A stretch of 64,000 nucleotides of DNA, taken from assembly GCA_964016885.1 (NCBI GenBank), contig OZ024755.1, positions 40,920,001 to 40,984,000 of the forward strand, in the 5' to 3' direction. The first letter of the stretch is position 1; every line of letters starts with the position of its first letter. This stretch comes from Eledone cirrhosa. Lineage: Eukaryota. The notes under the pieces were generated by a model that worked only from the letters and a program-made list of their open reading frames with translations, made no database searches and was not told the origin of the DNA. The position numbers were made by a program, and so were the translations under genes. This document shows, piece by piece, positions 1 through 13,344 of this stretch.

Positions 1-9
1 TTGGTATGC

Positions 10-41
<32 letters not shown>

Positions 42-45
<4 letters not shown>

Positions 46-117
46 ATACTTTGGAAGGGTCATGTTGCCAATAATTTCAGAAAAGAAATATATATATATA
101 TATATATACATATACAC

Positions 118-178
<61 letters not shown>

Positions 179-1026
179 CAGGCATATATACATGTATGTA
201 TATTGGGTGCTTAAGTAAAAGGTCGTTAGTTTCAGGGGCTGGGTAGTGGTTTATGTGTAGGAAAAGGAATTTATTTCAATAGAATTAATACAAATAAACA
301 TAATTTCGAGGAAAAAGGGATGAGGGTATTAGTTGGAGAAGACAGCCCCTACTCAGTCTCACGCCATATTATGGAGCACCGGAGTTTCCTTGTAATGTCC
401 ACTGTGAGGAGGTCACCAATATCATTGACTGTCATTTTATCAGTCAGATGTTTTTAGACATCACCCAGACATATTTGTTTAATTCAAATATATCTGTAGT
501 TTGATATTTTGTTAGTGTTAGGTGGAAGTTATCAGTAATTCAATTAGAATCTTTTATATTGGACATTTCTTTGTATTAGTTTTCCGGCCCTATACCAAAG
601 AAATCTACTTTCATCTCTGATACCACTAAATTGTTAGCAAGCCTATGTTTTAGGTAAAGCAGCAAAGAGGGTGACCGCGGCGGGTGATAGCGGGGATAAA
701 ACTCTGGAAATTGGGGCAAACTTATCTACATTCATGAATGAAATTCCAGAGAAAGAGGAGGGGGGGGGAGAACACACGCACACATACACCCCCACCCCAG
801 ACACAGAAACACACACACACACACACACACAGACATGTAATAAGATGTTGACGAAACATAGAATACAGATAGCTCCCTAAAGTAGCTCTAGTACTAGAGT
901 CTTCAGGGTAACTGTTATTTAGCAAGAGGTAGGGGAGAGGTAGGTTGTAGAAGGGGTATCGTAAGAAATCCTTAACTATCAGTCGTCTAAACTCTGTGTG
1001 TTAATACAAGCATCTATGTATATATC

Positions 1027-1068
<42 letters not shown>

Positions 1069-1192
1069 CACACACACATATATAGGTTTGAAAAACGAAT
1101 GAAGAACGAGCAATAAAGATAAAGTGAAAATCATATGGTACATATGTTTCTTTTTTTTTGGTAATATTGGCAACATGGCCACCCCAAATATA
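42..1192. mobile_element. Degraded element bounded by diverged inverted termini of the TGTTATAC fold-back family
   Basis: Left end TGTTATACTTTGGAAGGGTCATGTTGCCAATA (42-73) resembles the reverse complement of TATTGGCAACATGGCCACCCCAAATATA (1165-1192) and the termini at 1312 and 22950. The interior is not identified. Confidence 0.4.
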
Positions 1193-1311
1193 TATATATA
1201 CAAAATATAAAACAATCAAATCTTAGTTTAATACATTAAGTGTATTAAACTAAAATTATATATATAGTTTTGAGAGGTTTTTGATATGAAACCGTGTGTC
1301 GAAACACATAT

Positions 1312-2391
1312 TGTTATACTTGGGGAGGGTCATATTGTTGTAATAATATTGCCAGAATTAATAACAGAACACACTCACTGTTTGGTTGGTTTTCGCTTCT
1401 GTGTCTTTTATATCAGTTAATTTATTCGGTCCTCAATGTTATCACAAAATACAGATATAATATAGATACAAAAACATATATATAGTCTAACAAAGTTCTT
1501 TCGTTGCACATCTGCAACAACGTCAGTGGTACTATTATGTTCCTCCTGTTGTATTGTATATTTACGCCATCTTTATTTAATCTGTTTATTTATTTATTTA
1601 TTTTTGTCTTCTTCTCTGCGCATGCGTTTGCGTGTGTGTATAGTGGTGTGTTCGCGTTTGGGTGACTGTGTTTTGGTTATTGAATTCTATCTTAGTTTAC
1701 TCGTGTGTGTTTATATGTGTTTTTTTTTTTGTTATTGTGCTTGTGTATATATTTATTTATTTATTTATATTTCTCTTAAGTCAGTATTGTTTGTTTGGGT
1801 AACATAGACAAGATATAAATTAAAATAATATCTAAACATAGAAATGACCCAGCAGATACGCAAATCAGAGAGGCAAGTGAAATATAACTTAGAAGGCCAA
1901 AGCTAAACAGAAAAAATGAATGGAATAACAACACCCAAACAAACAATACTACCCTAAGAGAAATATAAGTAAATAAATAAATATATACACAAGCACAATA
2001 ACAACAAACACACATAAACACATACTAGTAAACTAAGATAGAATACAATAACCAAAACACAGTTACCCAAACGCGAACACACACCAAACAATATACACAC
2101 ACGCAAACGCATGCGCAGAGAAGACAAAAATAAATAAATAAACAGATTAAATAAAGATGGCGTAGATATACAATATAACAGGAGGAACATAATAGCACCA
2201 TTGACGATGTGCAACGAAAGAACTTTGTTAGATTATATATATGTTTTTGTATCTATATTATATCTTTATTTTTGACCGTTGGTCAGTCAATGGTAAATAT
2301 TGAGGACCGAATAAATTAACTGATATAAAAGATACAGAAGCGAAAACCAACCAAACAATGAGTGTGTTCTGTTATTAATTCTGGCAATATT
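1312..2391. mobile_element. Fold-back element with ~455-bp inverted arms
   Basis: 1345-1800 is the diverged reverse complement of 1933-2391, with a ~130-bp spacer. The left terminus TGTTATACTTGGGGAGGGTC is shared with 22950; the right terminus is truncated. Confidence 0.8.
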
Positions 2392-2739
2392 CTTGGAACA
2401 TAAAAGCGGTTTGGTAACAAGAGTTAACTATCCCCTCTCAAATAGTCTTACGTTGCCCCCCCCCCCCCAACACACACACACAGAGTATTACTGACTCACT
2501 ACCTTCAACAGAAGCAACAGTGAGAGTGAGACAGCGTGTAAATAACATTGGTAACAAGTGGCAGATAAAGGTAGAATGAAATTCTGGTTACAAGAAATAC
2601 GGGGGAAAATATTCTGGGAAATATAAGGACTAATTATTTGGAAGTTTTTTTAATTAGTCTGGAATTAGTAATGTTTTTGATGAGGAAGTATACGATGTAC
2701 TACTTCTAAACAGTTACACCAACATTAGTGATAATAATA

Positions 2740-2921
2740 ATTATTATTTCTACTTTTGGCACAAGCCAGCAATTATCACAGTACATTACTGGTACTTTAT
2801 TTTATCGACCCTGTAAGGATGAAAGGCAAAGTTAACCTCGGCGGGATTTGAACTCGGACCGTAACTCTATGCTGCAAAGCATGGTGTCTGACTCTCTACC
2901 GATACTGCCAATCCACCGCCC
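2740..2921 (-). mobile_element. tRNA-derived SINE, young family
   Basis: Minus strand shows A-box-like TGGCAGTATCGG, B-box GAGTTCAAATCC, a central GCCTTTCATCCTTAC..GGTCGATAAAATAAAGTACCAG block (Nin/Deu-domain-like) and a GTAGAAA(T/C)AAT tail. At least 10 copies occur in the window. Confidence 0.9.
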
Positions 2922-3051
2922 TAGTGATAATGATGATGATGATGAATGTTAGGGCTTTGGATCTTTTATTATAAAACTGATATTTATTGTGTTTTTGTAT
3001 ATCGTAACCGAGTGCTCTCTTCTCTGTCATGTTTTCTGTTATTGCCAAGTC

Positions 3052-6000
3052 GATTTTGTTTTCTTTTGTGAAAGTGTTCTGTCGTTCGTCGCTCAACTGA
3101 TTTTGTTTTCTTTTGTGAAAGTGTTCTCTCGTTCGTCGCTCAACTGATTTTGTTTTCTTTTGTGAAAGTGTTCTGTCGTTCGTCGCTCAACTGATTTTGT
3201 TTTCTTTTGTGAAAGTGTTCTCTCGTTCGTCGCTCAACTGGTTTTGTTTTCTTTTGTGAAAGTGTTCTGTCGTTCATCGCTCAACTGATTTTGTTTTCTT
3301 TTGTGAAAGTGTTCTGTCGTTCGTCGCTCAACTGGTTTTGTTTTCTTTTGTGAAAGTGTTCTGTCGTTCATCGCTCAACTGATTTTGTTTTCTTTTGTGA
3401 AAGTGTTCTCTCGTTCGTCGCTCAACTGATTTTGTTTTCTTTTGTGAAAGTGTTCTCTCGTTCGTCGCTCAACTGATTTTGTTTTCTTTTGTGAAAGTGT
3501 TCTGTCGTTCGTCGCTCAACTGGTTTTGTTTTCTTTTGTGAAAGTGTTCTGTCGTTCATCGCTCAACTGATTTTGTTTTCTTTTGTGAAAGTGTTCTCTC
3601 GTTCGTCGCTCAACTGATTTTGTTTTCTTTTGTGAAAGTGTTCTGTCGTTCGTCGCTCAACTGGTTTTGTTTTCTTTTGTGAAAGTGTTCTGTCGTTCAT
3701 CGCTCAACTGATTTTGTTTTCTTTTGTGAAAGTGTTCTCTCGTTCGTCGCTCAACTGATTTTGTTTTCTTTTGTGAAAGTGTTCTGTCGTTCATCGCTCA
3801 ACTGATTTTGTTTTCTTTTGTGAAAGTGTTCTGTCGTTCGTCGCTCAACTGATTTTGTTTTCTTTTGTGAAAGTGTTCTCTCGTTCGTCGCTCAACTGGT
3901 TTTGTTTTCTTTTGTGAAAGTGTTCTGTCGTTCATCGCTCAACTGATTTTGTTTTCTTTTGTGAAAGTGTTCTGTCGTTCGTCGCTCAACTGGTTTTGTT
4001 TTCTTTTGTGAAAGTGTTCTGTCGTTCATCGCTCAACTGATTTTGTTTTCTTTTGTGAAAGTGTTCTCTCGTTCGTCGCTCAACTGATTTTGTTTTCTTT
4101 TGTGAAAGTGTTCTCTCGTTCGTCGCTCAACTGATTTTGTTTTCTTTTGTGAAAGTGTTCTCTCGTTCGTCGCTCAACTGATTTTGTTTTCTTTTGTGAA
4201 AGTGTTCTGTCGTTCGTCGCTCAACTGATTTTGTTTTCTTTTGTGAAAGTGTTCTCTCGTTCGTCGCTCAACTGATTTTGTTTTCTTTTGTGAAAGTGTT
4301 CTCTCGTTCGTCGCTCAACTGATTTTGTTTTCTTTTGTGAAAGTGTTCTGTCGTTCGTCGCTCAACTGATTTTGTTTTCTTTTGTGAAAGTGTTCTGTCG
4401 TTCGTCGCTCAACTGATTTTGTTTTCTTTTGTGAAAGTGTTCTGTCGTTCGTCGCTCAACTGATTTTGTTTTCTTTTGTGAAAGTGTTCTGTCGTTCGTC
4501 GCTCAACTGATTTTGTTTTCTTATGTGAAAGTGTTCTGTCGTTCGTCGCTCAACTGATTTTGTTTTCTTTTGTGAAAGTGTTCTGTCGTTCGTCGCTCAA
4601 CTGATTTTGTTTTCTTTTGTGAAAGTGTTCTCTCGTTCGTCGCTCAACTGATTTTGTTTTCTTTTGTGAAAGTGTTCTGTCGTTCGTCGCTCAACTGATT
4701 TTGTTTTCTTTTGTGAAAGTGTTCTGTCGTTCGTCGCTCAACTGATTTTGTTTTCTTTTGTGAAAGTGTTCTCTCGTTCGTCGCTCAACTGATTTTGTTT
4801 TCTTTTGTGAAAGTGTTCTGTCGTTCGTCGCTCAACTGATTTTGTTTTCTTTTGTGAAAGTGTTCTGTCGTTTGTCGTTCAACTGATTTTGTTTTCTTTT
4901 GTGAAAGTGTTCTCTCGTTCGTCGCTCAACTGATTTTGTTTTCTTTTGTGAAAGTGTTCTGTCGTTCGTCGCTCAACTGATTTTGTTTTCTTTTGTGAAA
5001 GTGTTCTGTCGTTCATCGCTCAACTGATTTTGTTTTCTTTTGTGAAAGTGTTCTGTCGTTCGTCGCTCAACTGATTTTGTTTTCTTTTGTGAAAGTGTTC
5101 TCTCGTTCGTCGCTCAACTGGTTTTGTTTTCTTTTGTGAAAGTGTTCTCTCGTTCGTCGCTCAACTGATTTTGTTTTCTTTTGTGAAAGTGTTCTGTCGT
5201 TCATCGCTCAACTGATTTTGTTTTCTTTTGTGAAAGTGTTCTGTCGTTCATCGCTCAACTGATTTTGTTTTCTTTTGTGAAAGTGTTCTGTCGTTCGTCG
5301 CTCAACTGATTTTGTTTTCTTTTGTGAAAGTGTTCTCTCGTTCGTCGCTCAACTGGTTTTGTTTTCTTTTGTGAAAGTGTTCTCTCGTTCGTCGCTCAAC
5401 TGATTTTGTTTTCTTTTGTGAAAGTGTTCTGTCGTTCATCGCTCAACTGATTTTGTTTTCTTTTGTGAAAGTGTTCTCTCGTTCGTCGCTCAACTGGTTT
5501 TGTTTTCTTTTGTGAAAGTGTTCTGTCGTTCGTCGCTCAACTGATTTTGTTTTCTTTTGTGAAAGTGTTCTGTCGTTCGTCGCTCAACTGGTTTTGTTTT
5601 CTTTTGTGAAAGTGTTATGTCGTTTGTCGCTCAACTGATTTTGTTTTCTTTTGTGAAAGTGTTCTGTCGTTCGTCGCTCAACTGGTTTTGTTTTCTTTTG
5701 TGAAAGTGTTCTGTCGTTTGTCGCTCAACTGATTTTGTTTTCTTTTGTGAAAGTGTTCTGTCGTTCATCGCTCAACTGATTTTGTTTTCTTTTGTGAAAG
5801 TGTTCTGTCGTTCGTCGCTCAACTGATTTTGTTTTCTTTTGTGAAAGTGTTCTGTCGTTCGTCGTTCAACTGGTTTTGTTTTCTTTTGTGAAAGTGTTCT
5901 GTCGTTCGTCGCACAACTGATTTTGTTTTCTTTTGTGAAAGTGTTTTGTCGTTTGTCGCTCAACTGGTTTTGTTTTCTTTTGTGAAAGTGTTCTGTCGTT

Positions 6001-9000
6001 TGTCGCTCAACTGATTTTGTTTTCTTTTGTGAAAGTGTTCTGTCGTTCGTCGTTCAACTGGTTTTGTTTTCTTTTGTGAAAGTGTTCTGTCGTTCGTCGC
6101 TCAACTGATTTTGTTTTCTTTTGTGAAAGTGTTCTGCCGTTCGTCGCTCAACTGATTTTGTTTTCTTTTGTGAAAGTGTTCTTTCGTTCATCGCTCAACT
6201 GATTTTGTTTTCTTTTGTGAAAGTGTTCTCTCGTTCGTCGCTCAACTGATTTTGTTTTCTTTTGTGAAAGTGTTCTGTCGTTCGTCGTTCAACTGGTTTT
6301 GTTTTCTTTTGTGAAAGTGTTCTGTCGTTCGTCGCACAACTGATTTTGTTTTCTTTTGTGAAAGTGTTCTGTCGTTTGTCGCTCAACTGGTTTTGTTTTC
6401 TTTTGTGAAAGTGTTCTGTCGTTCGTCGCTCAACTGATTTTGTTTTCTTTTGTGAAAGTGTTCTGTCGTTCGTCGCTCAACTGATTTTGTTTTCTTTTGT
6501 GAAAGTGTTTTGTCGTTTGTCGCTCAACTGGTTTTGTTTTCTTTTGTGAAAGTGTTCTGTCGTTCGTCGTTCAACTGATTTTGTTTTCTTTTGTGAAAGT
6601 GTTTTGTCGTTCGTCGCTCAACTGGTTTTGTTTTCTTTTGTGAAAGTGTTCTCTCGTTCATCGCTCAACTGATTTTGTTTTCTTTTGTGAAAGTGTTCTG
6701 TCGTTCGTCGTTCAACTGATTTTGTTTTCTTTAGTGAAAGTGTTCTGTCGTTCGTCGCTCAACTGGTTTTGTTTTCTTTTGTGAAAGTGTTCTGTCGTTC
6801 GTCGTTCAACTGGTTTTGTTTTCTTTTGTGAAAGTGTTCTGTCGTTCGTCGTTCAACTGGTTTTGTTTTCTTTTGTGAAAGTGTTTTGTCGTTTGTCGCT
6901 CAACTGATTTTGTTTTCTTTTGTGAAAGTGTTCTGTCGTTCGTCGCTCAACTGATTTTGTTTTCTTTTGTGAAAGTGTTTTGTCGTTTGTCGCTCAACTG
7001 ATTTTGTTTTCTTTTGTGAAAGTGTTCTGTCGTTCGTCGCTCAACTGATTTTGTTTTCTTTTGTGAAAGTGTTCTGCGTTTGTCACTCAACTGATTTTGT
7101 TTTCTTTTGTGAAAGTGTTCTGTCGTTCAACTGATTTTGTTTTCTTTTGTGAAAGTGTTCTGTCGTTCGTCGCTCAACTGGTTTTGTTTTCTTTTGTGAA
7201 AGTGTTCTGTCGTTCGTCGTTCAACTGATTTTGTTTTCTTTTGTGAAAGTGTTTTGTCGTTCGTCGCTCAACTGGTTTTGTTTTCTTTTGTGAAAGTGTT
7301 CTCTCGTTCATCGCTCAACTGATTTTGTTTTCTTTTGTGAAAGTGTTCTGTCGTTCGTCGTTCAACTGATTTTGTTTTCTTTAGTGAAAGTGTTCTGTCG
7401 TTCGTCGCTCAACTGATTTTGTTTTCTTTTGTGAAAGTGTTCTGTCGTTCGTCGCTCAACTGATTTTGTTTTCTTTTGTGAAAGTGTTTTGTCGTTTGTC
7501 GCTCAACTGGTTTTGTTTTCTTTTGTGAAAGTGTTCTGTCGTTCGTCGCTCAACTGGTTTTGTTTTCTTTTGTGAAAGTGTTTTGTCGTTTGTCGCACAA
7601 CTGATTTTGTTTTCTTTTGTGAAAGTGTTCTGTCGTTCGTCGCTCAACTGATTTTGTTTTCTTTTGTGAAAGTGTTTTGTCGTTTGTCGCTCAACTGGTT
7701 TTGTTTTCTTTTGTGAAAGTGTTCTGTCGTTCGTCGTTCAACTGATTTTGTTTTCTTTTGTGAAAGTGTTTTGTCGTTCGTCGCTCAACTGGTTTTGTTT
7801 TCTTTTGTGAAAGTGTTCTCTCGTTCATCGCTCAACTGATTTTGTTTTCTTTTGTGAAAGTGTTCTGTCGTTCGTCGTTCAACTGATTTTGTTTTCTTTA
7901 GTGAAAGTGTTCTGTCGTTCGTCGCTCAACTGGTTTTGTTTTCTTTTGTGAAAGTGTTCTGTCGTTCGTCGTTCAACTGGTTTTGTTTTCTTTTGTGAAA
8001 GTGTTCTGTCGTTCGTCGTTCAACTGGTTTTGTTTTCTTTTGTGAAAGTGTTCTGTCGTTTGTCGCTCAACTGATTTTGTTTTCTTTTGTGAAAGTGTTC
8101 TGTCGTTCGTCGCTCAACTGATTTTGTTTTCTTTTGTGAAAGTGTTTTGTCGTTTGTCGCTCAACTGATTTTGTTTTCTTTTGTGAAAGTGTTCTGTCGT
8201 TCGTCGCTCAACTGATTTTGTTTTCTTTTGTGAAAGTGTTCTGCGTTTGTCACTCAACTGATTTTGTTTTCTTTTGTGAAAGTGTTCTGTCGTTCGTCGT
8301 TCAACTGATTTTGTTTTCTTTTGTGAAAGTGTTCTGTCGTTCGTCGCTCAACTGGTTTTGTTTTCTTTTGTGAAAGTGTTCTGTCGTTCGTCGTTCAACT
8401 GATTTTGTTTTCTTTTGTGAAAGTGTTTTGTCGTTCGTCGCTCAACTGGTTTTGTTTTCTTTTGTGAAAGTGTTCTCTCGTTCATCGCTCAACTGATTTT
8501 GTTTTCTTTTGTGAAAGTGTTCTGTCGTTCGTCGTTCAACTGATTTTGTTTTCTTTAGTGAAAGTGTTCTGTCGTTCGTCGCTCAACTGATTTTGTTTTC
8601 TTTTGTGAAAGTGTTCTGTCGTTTGTCGTTCAATATTTTGTTTTCTTTTGTGAAAGTGTTCTGTCGTTCGTCGCTCAACTGATTTTGTTTTCTTTTGTGA
8701 AAGTGTTCCCTCGTTCGTCGCTCAACTGATTTTGTTTTCTTTTGTGAAAGTGTTCTGTCGTTCGTCGCTCAACTGATTTTGTTTTCTTTTGTGAAAGTGT
8801 TCTGTCGTTCGTCGTTCAACTGGTTTTGTTTTCTTTTGTGAAAGTGTTCTGTCGTTCGTCGTTCAACTGGTTTTGTTTTCTTTTGTGAAAGTGTTCTGTC
8901 GTTCGTCGCTCAACTGATTTTGTTTTCTTTTGTGAAAGTGTTCTGTCGTTCGTCGCTCAACTGATTTTGTTTTCTTTTGTGAAAGTGTTTTGTCGTTTGT

Positions 9001-12000
9001 CGCTCAACTGATTTTGTTTTCTTTTGTGAAAGTGTTCTGTCGTTCGTCGCTCAACTGATTTTGTTTTCTTTTGTGAAAGTGTTCTGTCGTTTGTCACTCA
9101 ACTGATTTTGTTTTCTTTTGTGAAAGTGTTCTGTCGTTCGTCGTTCAACTGATCTTGTTTTCTTTTGTGAAAGTGTTTTGTCGTTCGTCGCTCAACTGGT
9201 TTTGTTTTCTTTTGTGAAAGTGTTCTGTCGTTCGTCGTTCAACTGATTTTGTTTTCTTTTGTGAAAGTGTTCTGTCGTTCGTCGCTCAACTGGTTTTGTT
9301 TTCTTTTGTGAAAGTGTTCTGTCGTTCGTCGTTCAACTGATTTTGTTTTCTTTTGTGAAAGTGTTTTGTCGTTCGTCGCTCAACTGGTTTTGTTTTCTTT
9401 TGTGAAAGTGTTCTCTCGTTCATCGCTCAACTGATTTTGTTTTCTTTTGTGAAAGTGTTCTCTCGTTTATCGCTCAACTGATTTTGTTTTCTTTTGTGAA
9501 AGTGTTCTGTCGTTTGTCGCTCAACTGATTTTGTTTTCTTTTGTGAAAGTGTTCTGTCGTTCATCGCTCAACTGATTTTGTTTTCTTTTGTGAAAGTGTT
9601 CTCTCGTTCGTCGCTCAACTGATTTTGTTTTCTTTTGTGAAAGTGTTCTGTCGTTCGTCGCTCAACTGATTTTGTTTTCTTTTGTGAAAGTGTTCTGTCG
9701 TTCATCGCTCAACTGATTTTGTTTTCTTTTGTGAAAGTGTTCTGTCGTTCGTCGCTCAACTGATTTTGTTTTCTTTTGTGAAAGTGTTCTCTCGTTCGTC
9801 GCTCAACTGGTTTTGTTTTCTTTTGTGAAAGTGTTCTCTCGTTCGTCGCTCAACTGATTTTGTTTTCTTTTGTGAAAGTGTTCTGTCGTTCATCGCTCAA
9901 CTGATTTTGTTTTCTTTTGTGAAAGTGTTCTCTCGTTCGTCGCTCAACTGGTTTTGTTTTCTTTTGTGAAAGTCTTCTGTCGTTCGTCGCTCAACTGATT
10001 TTGTTTTCTTTTGTGAAAGTGTTCTGTCGTTTGTCGCTCAACTGGTTTTGTTTTCTTTTGTGAAAGTGTTCTGTCGTTTGTCGCTCAACTGATTTTGTTT
10101 TCTTTTGTGAAAGTGTTCTGTCGTTCGTCGCTCAACTGGTTTTGTTTTCTTTTGTGAAAGTGTTCTGTCGTTTGTCGCTCAACTGATTTTGTTTTCTTTT
10201 GTGAAAGTGTTCTGTCGTTCGTCGCACAACTGATTTTGTTTTCTTTTGTGAAAGTGTTTTGTCGTTTGTCGCTCAACTGGTTTTGTTTTCTTTTGTGAAA
10301 GTGTTCTGTCGTTTGTCGCTCAACTGATTTTGTTTTCTTTTGTGAAAGTGTTCTGTCGTTCGTCGTTCAACTGGTTTTGTTTTCTTTTGTGAAAGTGTTC
10401 TGTCGTTCGTCGCTCAACTGATTTTGTTTTCTTTTGTGAAAGTGTTCTGCCGTTCGTCGCTCAACTGATTTTGTTTTCTTTTGTGAAAGTGTTCTTTCGT
10501 TCATCGCTCAACTGATTTTGTTTTCTTTTGTGAAAGTGTTCTCTCGTTCGTCGCTCAACTGATTTTGTTTTCTTTTGTGAAAGTGTTCTGTCGTTCGTCG
10601 TTCAACTGGTTTTGTTTTCTTTTGTGAAAGTGTTCTGTCGTTCGTCGCACAACTGATTTTGTTTTCTTTTGTGAAAGTGTTCTGTCGTTTGTCGCTCAAC
10701 TGGTTTTGTTTTCTTTTGTGAAAGTGTTCTGTCGTTCGTCGCTCAACTGATTTTGTTTTCTTTTGTGAAAGTGTTCTGTCATTCGTCGTTCAACTGGTTT
10801 TGTTTTCTTTTGTGAAAGTGTTCTGTCGTTCGTCGCTCAACTGGTTTTGTTTTCTTTTGTGAAAGTGTTTTGTCGTTTGTCGCACAACTGATTTTGTTTT
10901 CTTTTGTGAAAGTGTTCTGTCGTTCGTCGCTCAACTGATTTTGTTTTCTTTTGTGAAAGTGTTTTGTCGTTTGTCGCTCAACTGGTTTTGTTTTCTTTTG
11001 TGAAAGTGTTCTGTCGTTCGTCGTTCAACTGATTTTGTTTTCTTTTGTGAAAGTGTTTTGTCGTTCGTCGCTCAACTGGTTTTGTTTTCTTTTGTGAAAG
11101 TGTTCTCTCGTTCATCGCTCAACTGATTTTGTTTTCTTTTGTGAAAGTGTTCTGTCGTTCGTCGTTCAACTGATTTTGTTTTCTTTAGTGAAAGTGTTCT
11201 GTCGTTCGTCGCTCAACTGGTTTTGTTTTCTTTTGTGAAAGTGTTCTGTCGTTCGTCGTTCAACTGGTTTTGTTTTCTTTTGTGAAAGTGTTCTGTCGTT
11301 CGTCGTTCAACTGGTTTTGTTTTCTTTTGTGAAAGTGTTTTGTCGTTTGTCGCTCAACTGATTTTGTTTTCTTTTGTGAAAGTGTTCTGTCGTTCGTCGC
11401 TCAACTGATTTTGTTTTCTTTTGTGAAAGTGTTTTGTCGTTTGTCGCTCAACTGATTTTGTTTTCTTTTGTGAAAGTGTTCTGTCGTTCGTCGCTCAACT
11501 GATTTTGTTTTCTTTTGTGAAAGTGTTCTGCGTTTGTCACTCAACTGATTTTGTTTTCTTTTGTGAAAGTGTTCTGTCGTTCGTCGTTCAACTGATTTTG
11601 TTTTCTTTTGTGAAAGTGTTCTGTCGTTCGTCGCTCAACTGGTTTTGTTTTCTTTTGTGAAAGTGTTCTGTCGTTCGTCGTTCAACTGATTTTGTTTTCT
11701 TTTGTGAAAGTGTTTTGTCGTTCGTCGCTCAACTGGTTTTGTTTTCTTTTGTGAAAGTGTTCTCTCGTTCATCGCTCAACTGATTTTGTTTTCTTTTGTG
11801 AAAGTGTTCTGTCGTTCGTCGTTCAACTGATTTTGTTTTCTTTAGTGAAAGTGTTCTGTCGTTCGTCGCTCAACTGATTTTGTTTTCTTTTGTGAAAGTG
11901 TTCTGTCGTTTGTCGTTCAATATTTTGTTTTCTTTTGTGAAAGTGTTCTGTCGTTCGTCGCTCAACTGATTTTGTTTTCTTTTGTGAAAGTGTTCTCTCG

Positions 12001-12811
12001 TTCGTCGCTCAACTGATTTTGTTTTCTTTTGTGAAAGTGTTCTGTCGTTCGTCGCTCAACTGATTTTGTTTTCTTTTGTGAAAGTGTTCTGTCGTTCGTC
12101 GTTCAACTGGTTTTGTTTTCTTTTGTGAAAGTGTTCTGTCGTTCGTCGTTCAACTGGTTTTGTTTTCTTTTGTGAAAGTGTTCTGTCGTTCGTCGCTCAA
12201 CTGATTTTGTTTTCTTTTGTGAAAGTGTTCTGTCGTTCGTCGCTCAACTGATTTTGTTTTCTTTTGTGAAAGTGTTTTGTCGTTTGTCGCTCAACTGATT
12301 TTGTTTTCTTTTGTGAAAGTGTTCTGTCGTTCGTCGCTCAACTGATTTTGTTTTCTTTTGTGAAAGTGTTCTGTCGTTTGTCACTCAACTGATTTTGTTT
12401 TCTTTTGTGAAAGTGTTCTGTCGTTCGTCGTTCAACTGATCTTGTTTTCTTTTGTGAAAGTGTTTTGTCGTTCGTCGCTCAACTGGTTTTGTTTTCTTTT
12501 GTGAAAGTGTTCTGTCGTTCGTCGTTCAACTGATTTTGTTTTCTTTTGTGAAAGTGTTCTGTCGTTCGTCGCTCAACTGGTTTTGTTTTCTTTTGTGAAA
12601 GTGTTCTGTCGTTCGTCGTTCAACTGATTTTGTTTTCTTTTGTGAAAGTGTTTTGTCGTTCGTCGCTCAACTGGTTTTGTTTTCTTTTGTGAAAGTGTTC
12701 TCTCGTTCATCGCTCAACTGATTTTGTTTTCTTTTGTGAAAGTGTTCTCTCGTTTATCGCTCAACTGATTTTGTTTTCTTTTGTGAAAGTATTCTCTCGT
12801 TCATCGCACAA
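3052..12811. repeat. 47-bp satellite array, ~207 copies
   Basis: Unit CTCAACTGATTTTGTTTTCTTTTGTGAAAGTGTTCTGTCGTTCGTCG; period 47 (e.g. 3091 to 3138); few point variants. Confidence 0.98.
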
Positions 12812-12828
12812 GGCAGCCAAAGTGCTCC

Positions 12829-13270
12829 GTATATGTCAGTCCAAACCATGTACATGTCAGTCCAAACCATGTACATGTCAGTTCAAACCATGTATATGTC
12901 AGTTCAAACCATGTATATGTCAGTTCAAACCATGTATATGTCACTTCAAGCCATGTATATGTCACTTTAAACCATGTATATGTCACTTCAAATCATGTAC
13001 ATGTCAGTCCAAACCATGTACATGTCAGTTCAAACCATGTACATGTCAGTTCAAACCATGTACATGTCAGTTCAAACCATGTATATGTCAGATCAAACTA
13101 TATACATGTCAGATCAAACCATGTATATGTCAGTCCAAACCATGTATATATCAGTCCAAACCATGTATATGTCAGTTCAAACTATGTACATGTCACATCA
13201 AACCATATATATGTCAGTCCAAACCATATATATGTCAGATCAAACCATGTATATGTCAGATCAAACCATG
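12829..13270. repeat. 21-bp minisatellite, ~21 copies
   Basis: Unit CATGTATATGTCAGTTCAAAC with variants; begins ~17 bp after the 47-bp satellite. Confidence 0.95.
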
Positions 13271-13344
13271 TCAACTTTACCCTTGAGTTATCTGTTCATG
13301 CGACTCCATTTCAAACAACTAATTTCCCCAATGTTTCTTCAGTA

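Noticed and set aside
875-915. CUGAAGA followed by palindrome CTCTAGTACTAGAG (minus)
   Set aside because: No GAAA after the stem.
2860-2921. tRNA genes at SINE heads
   Set aside because: A/B boxes are present, but there is no cloverleaf and each continues into a SINE body.
3052-12811. CRISPR-like array or CENP-B box in the satellite
   Set aside because: No unique spacers and a eukaryotic context; TTCG is present but the A and CGGG positions of the CENP-B box are not.
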